A program made the position numbers and the translations under genes. A stretch of 64,000 nt of DNA from Auanema rhodensis (lineage: Eukaryota; Animalia; Nematoda), in assembly GCA_964057225.1 (NCBI GenBank), contig OZ059896.1, forward strand, positions 23,374,001 to 23,438,000, written 5' to 3'. The notes below the pieces were generated by a model. It saw only the letters and a list, made by a program, of their open reading frames with translations, was not told the DNA's origin and did no database searches. Below, piece by piece: positions 1 through 11,792 of the stretch (position 1 is the first letter of the stretch; every line of letters begins with the position of its first letter).

Positions 1-47
1 TCCCCATGTCCATATTAGTCTAAAAACAAATTTTTATTGATATTGGT

Positions 48-62
48 TCATGGTAACCATGA
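48..62. other. Dyad TCATGGT-A-ACCATGA (7+1+7 bp in A62 monomers, 6+1+6 in T62 monomers), present in nearly every monomer
   Basis: CATGGT is the reverse complement of ACCATG around central A55. Confidence 0.9.
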
Positions 63-81
63 CTTTGAAATTTACGTGAAC

Positions 82-101
82 TTTAATTTATGCTAATTAA
101 A
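82..101. other. Inverted repeat TTTAATT-N6-AATTAAA in each monomer
   Basis: 82-88 is the reverse complement of 95-101. Confidence 0.85.
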
Positions 102-122
102 TGTACACGTGATGTGCACTTG
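101..122 (+). repeat. Internal imperfect 11-bp tandem repeat ATGTACACGTG/ATGTGCACTTG, containing a CACGTG E-box (106-111)
   Basis: The two 11-mers match at 9 of 11 positions. Confidence 0.85.
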
Positions 123-135
123 GTATGTAACTCGC

Positions 136-145
136 TTCACGTGAA
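136..145. promoter_or_regulatory. Perfect 10-bp palindrome TTCACGTGAA with an E-box/G-box core; protein binding not demonstrated
   Basis: The palindrome is read directly, and CACGTG is the canonical bHLH(-ZIP) site. A regulatory function is speculative. Confidence 0.35.
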
Positions 146-2288
146 AGATAAAGAGATGCGGTTTTCAAAATTAGATTCCCCATGTCCATATTAGTCTAAA
201 AACAAATTTTTATTAATATTGGTTCATGGTAACCATGTCTTTGAAATTTACGTGAACTTTAATTTATGCTAATTAAATGTACACGTGATGTGCACTTGGT
301 ATGTAACTCGCTTCACGTGAAAGATAAAGAGATGCGGTTTTCAAAATTAGATTCCCCATGTCCATATTAGTCTTAAAACAAATTTTTATTAATATTGGTT
401 CATGGTAACCATGTCTTTGAAATTTACGTGAACTTTAATTTATGCTAATTAAATGTACACGTGATGTGCACTTGGTATGTAACTCGCTTCACGTGAAAGA
501 TAAAGAGATGCGGTTTTCAAAATTAGATTCCCCATGTCCATATTAGTCTAAAAACAAATTTTTATTAATATTGGTTCATGGTAACCATGTCTTTGAAATT
601 TACGTGAACTTTAATTTATGCTAATTAAATGTACACGTGATGTGCACTTGGTATGTAACTCGCTTCACGTGAAAGATAAAGAGATGCGGTTTTCAAAATT
701 AGATTCCCCATGTCCATATTAGTCTAAAAACAAATTTTTATTAATATTGGTTCATGGTAACCATGTCTTTGAAATTTACGTGAACTTTAATTTATGCTAA
801 TTAAATGTACACGTGATGTGCACTTGGTATGTAACTCGCTTCACGTGAAAGATAAAGAGATGCGGTTTTCAAAATTAGATTCCCCATGTCCATATTAGTC
901 TAAAAACAAATTTTTATTAATATTGGTTCATGGTAACCATGACTTTGAAATTTACGTGAACTTTAATTTATGCTAATTAAATGTACACGTGATGTGCACT
1001 TGGTATGTAACTCGCTTCACGTGAAAGATAAAGAGATGCGGTTTTCAAAATTAGATTCCCCATGTCCATATTAGTCTAAAAACAAATTTTTATTAATATT
1101 GGTTCATGGTAACCATGTCTTTGAAATTTACGTGAACTTTAATTTATGCTAATTAAATGTACACGTGATGTGCACTTGGTATGTAACTCGCTTCACGTGT
1201 AAGATAAAGAGATGCGGTTTTCAAAATTAGATTCCCCATGTCCATATTAGTCTAAAAACAAATTGTTATTGATATTGGTTCATGGTAACCATGTCTTTGA
1301 AATTTTCGTGAACTTTAATTTATGCTAATTAAATGTACACGTGATGTGCACTTGGTATGTAACTCGCTTCATGTGAAAGATAAAGAGATGCGGTTTTCAA
1401 AATTAGATTCCCCATGTCCATATTAGTCTAAAAACAAATTTTTATTAATATTGGTTCATGGTAACCATGTCTTTGAAATTTACGTGAACTTTAATTTATG
1501 CTAATTAAATGTACACGTGATGTGCTCTTGGTATGTAACTCGCTTCACGTGAAAGATAAAGAGATGCGGTTTTCAAAATTAGATTCCCCATGTCCATATT
1601 AGTCTAAAAACAAATTTTTATTAATATTGGTTCATGGTAACCATGTCTTTGAAATTTACGTGAACTTTAATTTATGCTAATTAAATGTACACGTGATGTG
1701 CACTTGGTATGTAACTCGCTTCACGTGAAAGAAAAAGAGATGCGGTTTTCAAAATTAGATTCCCCATGTCCATATTAGTCTAAAAACAAATTTTTATTGA
1801 TATTGGTTCATGGTAACCATGACTTTGAAATTTACGTGAACTTTAATTTATGCTAATTAAATGTACACGTGATGTGCACTTGGTATGTAACTCGCTTCAC
1901 GTGAAAGATAAAGAGATGCGGTTTTCAAAATTAGATTCCCCATTTCCATATTAGTCTAAAAACAAATTTTTATTAATATTGGTTCATGGTAACCATGTCT
2001 TTGAAATTTACGTGAACTTTAATTTATGCTAATTAAATGTACACGTGATGTGCACTTGGTATGTAACTCGCTTCACGTGAAAGATAAAGAGATGCGGTTT
2101 TCAAAATTAGATTCCCCATGTCCATATTAGTCTAAAAACAAATTTTTATTGATATTGGTTCATGGTAACCATGATTTTGAAATTTACGTGAACTTTAATT
2201 TATGCTAATTAAATGTACACGTGATGTGCACTTGGTATGTAACTCGCTTCACGTGAAAGATAAAGAGATGCGGTTTTCAAAATTAGAT

Positions 2289-5200
2289 TCCCCATGTCCA
2301 TATTAGTCTAAAAACAAATTTTTATTAATATTGGTTCATGGTAACCATGACTTTGAAATTTACGTGAACTTTAATTTATGCTAATTAAATGTACACGTGA
2401 TGTGCACTTGGTATGTAACTCGCTTCACGTGAAAGATAAAGAGATGCGGTTTTCAAAATTAGATTCCCCATGTCCATATTAGTCGAAAAACAAATTTTTA
2501 TTAATATTGGTTCATGGTAACCATGTCTTTGAAATTTACGTGAACTTTAATTTATGCTAATTAAATGTACACGTGATGTGCACTTGGTATGTAACTCGCT
2601 TCACGTGAAATATAAAGAGATGCGGTTTTCAAAATTAGATTCCCCATGTCCATATTAGTCTAAAAACAAATTTTTATTAATATTGGTTCATGGTAACCAT
2701 GTCTTTGAAATTTACGTGAACTTTAATTTATGCTAATTAAATGTACACGTGATGTGCACTTGGTATGTAACTCGCTTCACGTGAAAGATAAAGAGATGCG
2801 GTTTTCAAAATTAAATTCCCCATGTCCATATTAGTCTAAAAACAAATTTTTATTGATATTGGTTCATGGTAACCATGACTTTGAAATTTACGTGAACTTT
2901 AATTTATGCTAATTAAATGTACACGTGATGTGCACTTGGTATGTAACTCGCTTCACGTGTAAGATAAAGAGATGCGGTTTTCAAAATTAGATTCCCCATG
3001 TCCATATTAGTCTAAAAACAAATTTTTATTGATATTGGTTCATGGTAACCATGTCTTTGAAATTTTCGTGAACTTTAATTTATGCTAATTAAATGTACAC
3101 GTGATGTGCACTTGGTATGTAACTCGCTTCACGTGAAAGATAAAGAGATGCGGTTTTCAAAATTAGATTCCCCATGTCCATATTAGTCTAAAAACAAATT
3201 TTTATTAATATTGGTTCATGGTAACCATGTCTTTGAAATTTACGTGAACTTTAATTTATGCTAATTAAATGTACACGTGATGTGCACTTGGTATGTAACT
3301 CGCTTCACGTGAAAGATAAAGAGATGCGGTTTTCAAAATTAGATTCCCCATGTCCATATTAGTCTAAAAACAAATTTTTATTGATATTGGTTCATGGTAA
3401 CCATGACTTTGAAATTTACGTGAACTTTAATTTATGCTAATTAAATGTACACGTGATGTGCACTTGGTATGTAACTCGCTTCACGTGAAAGATAAAGAGA
3501 TGCGGTTTTCAAAATTAGATTCCCCATTTCCATATTAGTCTAAAAACAAATTTTTATTAATATTGGTTCATGGTAACCATGTCTTTGAAATTTACGTGAA
3601 CTTTAATTTATGCTAATTAAATGTACACGTGATGTGCACTTGGTATGTAACTCGCTTCACGTGAAAGATAAAGAGATGCGGTTTTCAAAATTAGATTCCC
3701 CATGTCCATATTAGTCTAAAAACAAATTTTTATTGATATTGGTTCATGGTAACCATGATTTTGAAATTTACGTGAACTTTAATTTATGCTAATTAAATGT
3801 ACACGTGATGTGCACTTGGTATGTAACTCGCTTCACGTGAAAGATAAAGAAATGCGGTTTTCAAAATTAGATTCCCCATGTCCATTTTAGTCTAAAAACA
3901 AATTTTTATTGATATTGGTTCATGGTAACCATGACTTTGAAATTTACGTGAACTTTAATTTATGCTAATTAAATGTACACGTGATGTGCACTTGGTATGT
4001 AACTCGCTTCACGTGAAAGATAAAGAGATGCGGTTTTCAAAATTAGATTCCCCATGTCCATATTAGTCTAAAAACAAATTTTTATTAATATTGGTTCATG
4101 GTAACCATGTCTTTGAAATTTACGTGAACTTTAATTTATGCTAATTAAATGTACACGTGATGTGCTCTTGGTATGTAACTCGCTTCACGTGAAAGATAAA
4201 GAGATGCGGTTTTCAAAATTAGATTCCCCATGTCCATATTAGTCTAAAAACAAATTTTTATTGATATTGGTTCATGGTAACCATGACTTTGAAATTTACG
4301 TGAACTTTAATTTATGCTAATTAAATGTACACGTGATGTGCACTTGGTATGTAACTCGCTTCACGTGAAAGATAAAGAGATGCGGTTTTCAAAATTAGAT
4401 TCCCCATGTCCATATTAGTCTAAAAACAAATTTTTATTAATATTGGTTCATGGTAACCATGTCTTTGAAATTTACGTGAACTTTAATTTATGCTAATTAA
4501 ATGTACACGTGATGTGCACTTGGTATGTAACTCGCTTCACGTGAAAGATAAAGAGATGCGGTTTTCAAAATTAGATTCCCCATGTCCATATTAGTCTAAA
4601 AACAAATTTTTATTAATATTGGTTCATGGTAACCATGTCTTTGAAATTTACGTGAACTTTAATTTATGCTAATTAAATGTACACGTGATGTGCACTTGGT
4701 ATGTAACTCGCTTCACGTGAAAGATAAAGAGATGCGGTTTTCAAAATTAGATTCCCCATGTCCATATTAGTCTAAAAACAAATTTTTATTAATATTGGTT
4801 CATGGTAACCATGTCTTTGAAATTTACGTGAACTTTAATTTATGCTAATTAAATGTACACGTGATGTGCACTTGGTATGTAACTCGCTTCACGTGAAAGA
4901 TAAAGAGATGCGGTTTTCAAAATTAAATTCCCCATGTCCATATTAGTCTAAAAACAAATTTTTATTGATATTGGTTCATGGTAACCATGACTTTGAAATT
5001 TACGTGAACTTTAATTTATGCTAATTAAATGTACACGTGATGTGCACTTGGTATGTAACTCGCTTCACGTGAAAGATAAAGAGATGCGGTTTTCAAAATT
5101 AGATTCCCCATCTCCATATTAGTCTAAAAACAAATTTTTATTAATATTGGTTCATGGTAACCATGTCTTTGAAATTTACGTGAACTTTAATTTATGCTAA

Positions 5201-8200
5201 TTAAATGTACACGTGATGTGCACTTGGTATGTAACTCGCTTCACGTGAAAGATAAAGAGATGCGGTTTTCAAAATTAGATTCCCCATGTCCATATTAGTC
5301 TAAAAACAAATTTTTATTAATATTGGTTCATGGTAACCATGTCTTTGAAATTTACGTGAACTTTAATTTATGCTAATTAAATGTACACGTGATGTGCACT
5401 TGGTATGTAACTCGCTTCACGTAAAAGATAAAGAGATGCGGTCTTCAAAATTAGATTCCCCATGTCCATATTAGTCTAAAAACAAATTTTTATTGATATT
5501 AGTTCATGGTAACCATGACTTTGAAATTTACGTGAACTTTAATTTATGCTAATTAAATGTACACGTGATGTGCACTTGGTATGTAACTCGCTTCACGTGA
5601 AAGATAAAGAGATGCGGTTTTCAAAATTAGATTCCCCATGTCCATATTAGTCTAAAAACAAATTTTTATTGATATTGCTTCATGGTAACCATGACTTTGA
5701 AATTTACGTGAACTTTAATTTATGCTAATTAAATGTACACGTGATGTGCACTTGGTATGTAACTCGCTTCACGTGAAAGATAAAGAGATGCGGTTTTCAA
5801 AATTAGATTCCCCATGTCCATATTAGTCTAAAAACAAATTTTTATTAATATTGGTTCATGGTAACCATGTCTTTGAAATTTACGTGAACTTTAATTTATG
5901 CTAATTAAATGTACACGTGATGTGCACTTGGTATGTAACTCGCTTCACGTGAAAGATAAAGAGATGCGGTTTTCAAAATTAGATTCCCCATGTCCATATT
6001 AGTCTAAAAACAAATTTTTATTGATATTGGTTCATGGTAACCATGACTTTGAAATTTACGTGAACTTTAATTTATGCTAATTAAATGTACACGTGATGTG
6101 CACTTGGTATGTAACTCGCTTCACGTGAAAGATAAAGAGATGCGGTTTTCAAAATTAGATTCCCCATGTCCATATTAGTCTAAAAACAAATTTTTATTAA
6201 TATTGGTTCATGGTAACCATGACTTTGAAATTTACGTGAACTTTAATTTATGCTAATTAAATGTACACGTGATGTGCACTTGGTATGTAACTCGCTTCAC
6301 GTGAAAGATAAAGAGATGCGGTTTTCAAAATTAGATTCCCCATGTCCATATTAGTCTAAAAACAAATTTTTATTAATATTGGTTCATGGTAACCATGTCT
6401 TTGAAATTTACGTGAACTTTAATTTATGCTAATTAAATGTACACGTGATGTGCACTTGGTATGTAACTCGCTTCACGTGAAAGATAAAGAGATGCGGTTT
6501 TCAAAATTAGATTCCCCATGTCCATATTAGTCTTAAAACAAATTTTTATTAATATTGGTTCATGGTAACCATGACTTTGAAATTTACGTGAACTTTAATT
6601 TATGCTAATTAAATGTACACGTGATGTGCACTTGGTATGTAACTCGCTTCACGTGAAAGATAAAGAGATGCGGTTTTCAAAATTAGATTCCCCATGTCCA
6701 TATTAGTCTAAAAACAAATTTTTATTAATATTGGTTCATGGTAACCATGTCTTTGAAATTTACGTGAACTTTAATTTATGCTAATTAAATGTACACGTGA
6801 TGTGCACTTGGTATGTAACTCGCTTCACGTGAAAGATAAAGAGATGCGGTTTTCAAAATTAGATTCCCCATGTCCATATTAGTCTAAAAACAAATTTTTA
6901 TTAATATTGGTTCATGGTAACCATGTCTTTGAAATTTACGTGAACTTTAATTTATGCTAATTAAATGTACACGTGATGTGCACTTGGTATGTAACTCGCT
7001 TCACGTGAAAGATAAAGAGATGCGGTTTTCAAAATTAGATTCCCCATGTCCATATTAGTCTAAAAACAAATTTTTATTAATATTGGTTCATGGTAACCAT
7101 GTCTTTGAAATTTACGTGAACTTTAATTTATGCTAATTAAATGTACACGTGATGTGCACTTGGTATGTAACTCGCTTCACGTGAAAGATAAAGAGATGCG
7201 GTTTTCAAAATTAGATTCCCCATGTCCATATTAGTCTAAAAACAAATTTTTATTAATATTGGTTCATGGTAACCATGTCTTTGAAATTTACGTGAACTTT
7301 AATTTATGCTAATTAAATGTACACGTGATGTGCACTTGGTATGTAACTCGCTTCACGTGAAAGATAAAGAGATGCGGTTTTCAAAATTAGATTCCCCATG
7401 TCCATATTAGACTAAAAACAAATTTTTATTGATATTGGTTCATGGTAACCATGACTTTGAAATTTACGTGAACTTTAATTTATGCTAATTAAATGTACAC
7501 GTGATGTGCACTTGGTATGTAACTCGCTTCACGTGAAAGATAAAGAGATGCGGTTTTCAAAATTAGATTCCCCATGTCCATATTAGTCTAAAAACAAATT
7601 TTTATTAATATTGGTTCATGGTAACCATGTCTTTGAAATTTACGTGAACTTTAATTTATGCTAATTAAATGTACACGTGATGTGCACTTGGTATGTAACT
7701 CGCTTCACGTGAAAGATAAAGAGATGCGGTTTTCAAAATTAGATTCCCCATGTCCATATTAGTCTTAAAACAAATTTTTATTAATATTGGTTCATGGTAA
7801 CCATGACTTTGAAATTTACGTGAACTTTAATTTATGCTAATTAAATGTACACGTGATGTGCACTTGGTATGTAACTCGCTTCACGTGAAAGATAAAGAGA
7901 TGCGGTTTTCAAAATTAGATTCCCCATGTCCATATTAGTCTAAAAACAAATTTTTATTAATATTGGTTCATGGTAACCATGTCTTTGAAATTTACGTGAA
8001 CTTTAATTTATGCTAATTAAATGTACACGTGATGTGCACTTGGTATGTAACTCGCTTCACGTGAAAGATAAAGAGATGCGGTTTTCAAAATTAGATTCCC
8101 CATGTCCATATTAGTCTAAAAACAAATTTTTATTAATATTGGTTCATGGTAACCATGTCTTTGAAATTTACGTGAACTTTAATTTATGCTAATTAAATGT

Positions 8201-11200
8201 ACACGTGATGTGCACTTGGTATGTAACTCGCTTCACGTAAAAGATAAAGAGATGCGGTCTTCAAAATTAGATTCCCCATGTCCATATTAGTCTAAAAACA
8301 AATTTTTATTGATATTAGTTCATGGTAACCATGACTTTGAAATTTACGTGAACTTTAATTTATGCTAATTAAATGTACACGTGATGTGCACTTGGTATGT
8401 AACTCGCTTCACGTGAAAGATAAAGAGATGCGGTTTTCAAAATTAGATTCCCCATGTCCATATTAGTCTAAAAACAAATTTTTATTGATATTGCTTCATG
8501 GTAACCATGACTTTGAAATTTACGTGAACTTTAATTTATGCTAATTAAATGTACACGTGATGTGCACTTGGTATGTAACTCGCTTCACGTGAAAGATAAA
8601 GAGATGCGGTTTTCAAAATTAGATTCCCCATGTCCATATTAGTCTAAAAACAAATTTTTATTAATATTGGTTCATGGTAACCATGTCTTTGAAATTTACG
8701 TGAACTTTAATTTATGCTAATTAAATGTACACGTGATGTGCACTTGGTATGTAACTCGCTTCACGTGAAAGATAAAGAGATGCGGTTTTCAAAATTAGAT
8801 TCCCCATGTCCATATTAGTCTAAAAACAAATTTTTATTAATATTGGTTCATGGTAACCATGACTTTGAAATTTACGTGAACTTTAATTTATGCTAATTAA
8901 ATGTACACGTGATGTGCACTTGGTATGTAACTCGCTTCACGTGAAAGATAAAGAGATGCGGTTTTCAAAATTAGATTCCCCATGTCCATATTAGTCTAAA
9001 AACAAATTTTTATTAATATTGGTTCATGGTAACCATGACTTTGAAATTTACGTGAACTTTAATTTATGCTAATTAAATGTACACGTGATGTGCACTTGGT
9101 ATGTAACTCGCTTCACGTGAAAGATAAAGAGATGCGGTTTTCAAAATTAGATTCCCCATGTCCATATTAGTCTAAAAACAAATTTTTATTAATATTGGTT
9201 CATGGTAACCATGTCTTTGAAATTTACGTGAACTTTAATTTATGCTAATTAAATGTACACGTGATGTGCACTTGGTATGTAACTCGCTTCACGTGAAAGA
9301 TAAAGAGATGCGGTTTTCAAAATTAGATTCCCCATGTCCATATTAGTCTAAAAACAAATTTTTATTAATATTGGTTCATGGTAACCATGTCTTTGAAATT
9401 TACGTGAACTTTAATTTATGCTAATTAAATGTACACGTGATGTGCACTTGGTATGTAACTCGCTTCACGTGAAAGATAAAGAGATGCGGTTTTCAAAATT
9501 AGATTCCCCATGTCCATATTAGTCTAAAAACAAATTTTTATTAATATTGGTTCATGGTAACCATGTCTTTGAAATTTACGTGAACTTTAATTTATGCTAA
9601 TTAAATGTACACGTGATGTGCACTTGGTATGTAACCTGCTTCACGTGAAAGATAAAGAGATGCGGTTTTCAAAATTAGATTCCCCATGTCCATATTAGTC
9701 TAAAAACAAATTTTTATTAATATTGGTTCATGGTAACCATGTCTTTGAAATTTACGTGAACTTTAATTTATGCTAATTAAATGTACACGTGATGTGCACT
9801 TGGTATGTAACTCGCTTCACCTGAAAGATAAAGAAATGCGGTTTTCAAAATTAGATTCCCCATGTCCATATTAGACTAAAAACAAATTTTTATTGGTATT
9901 GGTTCATGGTAACCATGACTTTGAAATTTACGTGAACTTTAATTTATGCTAATTAAATGTACACGTGATGTGCACTTGGTATGTAACTCCCTTCACGTGA
10001 AAGATAAAGAGATGCGGTTTTCAAAATTAGATTCCCCATGTCCATATTAGTCTAAAAACAATTTTTTATTAATATTGGTTCATGGTAACCATGTCTTTGA
10101 AATTTACGTGAACTTTAATTTATGCTAATTAAATGTACACGTGATGTGCACTTGGTATGTAACTCGCTTCACGTAAAAGATAAAGAGATGCGGTCTTCAA
10201 AATTAGATTCCCCATGTCCATATTAGTCTAAAAACAAATTTTTATTGATATTGGTTCATGGTAACCATGATTTTGAAATTTACGTGAACTTTAATTTATG
10301 CTAATTAAATGTACACGTGATGTGCACTTGGTATGTAACTCGCTTCACGTGAAAGATAAAGAGATGCGGTTTTCAAAATTAGATTCCCCATGTCCATATT
10401 AGTCTAAAAACAAATTTTTATTAATATTGGTTCATGGTAACCATGTCTTTGAAATTTACGTGAACTTTAATTTATGCTAATTAAATGTACACGTGATGTG
10501 CACTTGGTATGTAACTCGCTTCACGTGAAAGATAAAGAGATGCGGTTTTCAAAATTAGATTCCCCATGTCCATATTAGTCTAAAAACAAATTTTTATTAA
10601 TATTGGTTCATGGTAACCATGTCTTTGAAATTTACGTGAACTTTAATTTATGCTAATTAAATGTACACGTGATGTGCACTTGGTATGTAACTCGCTTCAC
10701 GTGAAAGATAAAGAGATGCGGTTTTCAAAATTAGATTCCCCATGTCCATATTAGTCTAAAAACAAATTTTTATTAATATTGGTTCATGGTAACCATGTCT
10801 TTGAAATTTACGTGAACTTTAATTTATGCTAATTAAATGTACACGTGATGTGCACTTGGTATGTAACTCGCTTCACGTGAAAGATAAAGAGATGCGGTTT
10901 TCAAAATTAGATTCCCCATGTCCATATTAGTCTAAAAACAAATTTTTATTAATATTGGTTCATGGTAACCATGTCTTTGAAATTTACGTGAACTTTAATT
11001 TATGCTAATTAAATGTACACGTGATGTGCACTTGGTATGTAACTCGCTTCACGTGAAAGATAAAGAGATGCGGTTTTCAAAATTAGATTCCCCATGTCCA
11101 TATTAGTCTAAAAACAAATTTTTATTAATATTGGTTCATGGTAACCATGTCTTTGAAATTTACGTGAACTTTAATTTATGCTAATTAAATGTACACGTGA

Positions 11201-11792
11201 TGTGCACTTGGTATGTAACTCGCTTCACGTGAAAGATAAAGAGATGCGGTTTTCAAAATTAGATTCCCCATGTCCATATTAGTCTAAAAACAAATTTTTA
11301 TTAATATTGGTTCATGGTAACCATGTCTTTGAAATTTACGTGAACTTTAATTTATGCTAATTAAATGTACACGTGATGTGCACTTGGTATGTAACTCGCT
11401 TCACGTGAAAGATAAAGAGATGCGGTTTTCAAAATTAGATTCCCCATGTCCATATTAGTCTAAAAACAAATTTTTATTGATATTGATTCATGGTAACCAT
11501 GACTTTGAAATTTACGTGAACTTTAATTTATGCTAATTAAATGTACACGTGATGTGCACTTGGTATGTAACTCGCTTCACGTGAAAGATAAAGAGATGCG
11601 GTTTTCAAAATTAGATTCCCCATGTCCATATTAGTCTAAAAACAAATTTTTATTAATATTGGTTCATGGTAACCATGTCTTTGAAATTTACGTGAACTTT
11701 AATTTATGCTAATTAAATGTACACGTGATGTGCACTTGGTATGTAACTCGCTTCACGTGAAAGATAAAGAAATGCGGTTTTCAAAATTAGAT
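2289..11792 (+). repeat. ~9.5-kb block (m14-67) duplicated at 26753-36256 (m153-206)
   Basis: Same ordered rare variants: T21G+G147T (m15/m154), T19A (m43/m186), TC132-133CT (m55/m196), T19A+A40G+G134C (m57/m198), A30T (m58/m199), G46A (m66/m205). Offsets are 139-143 monomers. Confidence 0.88.

Larger units (their letters stand above)
1..176 (+). repeat. Reference monomer (G39/A62 haplotype; the other major haplotype is A39/T62)
   Basis: Read directly; about 55-56 of 176 bases are G+C; five CpGs at positions 75, 108, 133, 140 and 159. Confidence 0.98.

Noticed and set aside
130-146. CENP-B box (NTTCGNNNNANNCGGGN)
   Set aside because: ACTCGCTTCACGTGAAA matches only partly, with no TTCG and no CGGG. 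The A74T variant creates TTCG but not the rest of the box.
1-176. Assignment to a named 171-178 bp satellite (primate alpha, Arabidopsis CEN178, Brassica CentBr, honeybee AluI)
   Set aside because: I recognise no similarity to them, and the monomer lacks the HindIII (AAGCTT) and AluI (AGCT) sites typical of several of these families. A BLASTN, Dfam or satellite-database search is needed to name the family and organism.
1-176. Tandem 5S rRNA, tRNA, snRNA or spliced-leader gene array
   Set aside because: No recognisable structural-RNA sequence, Pol III A/B/C boxes or cloverleaf was found; an Rfam/Infernal scan would be the formal test.
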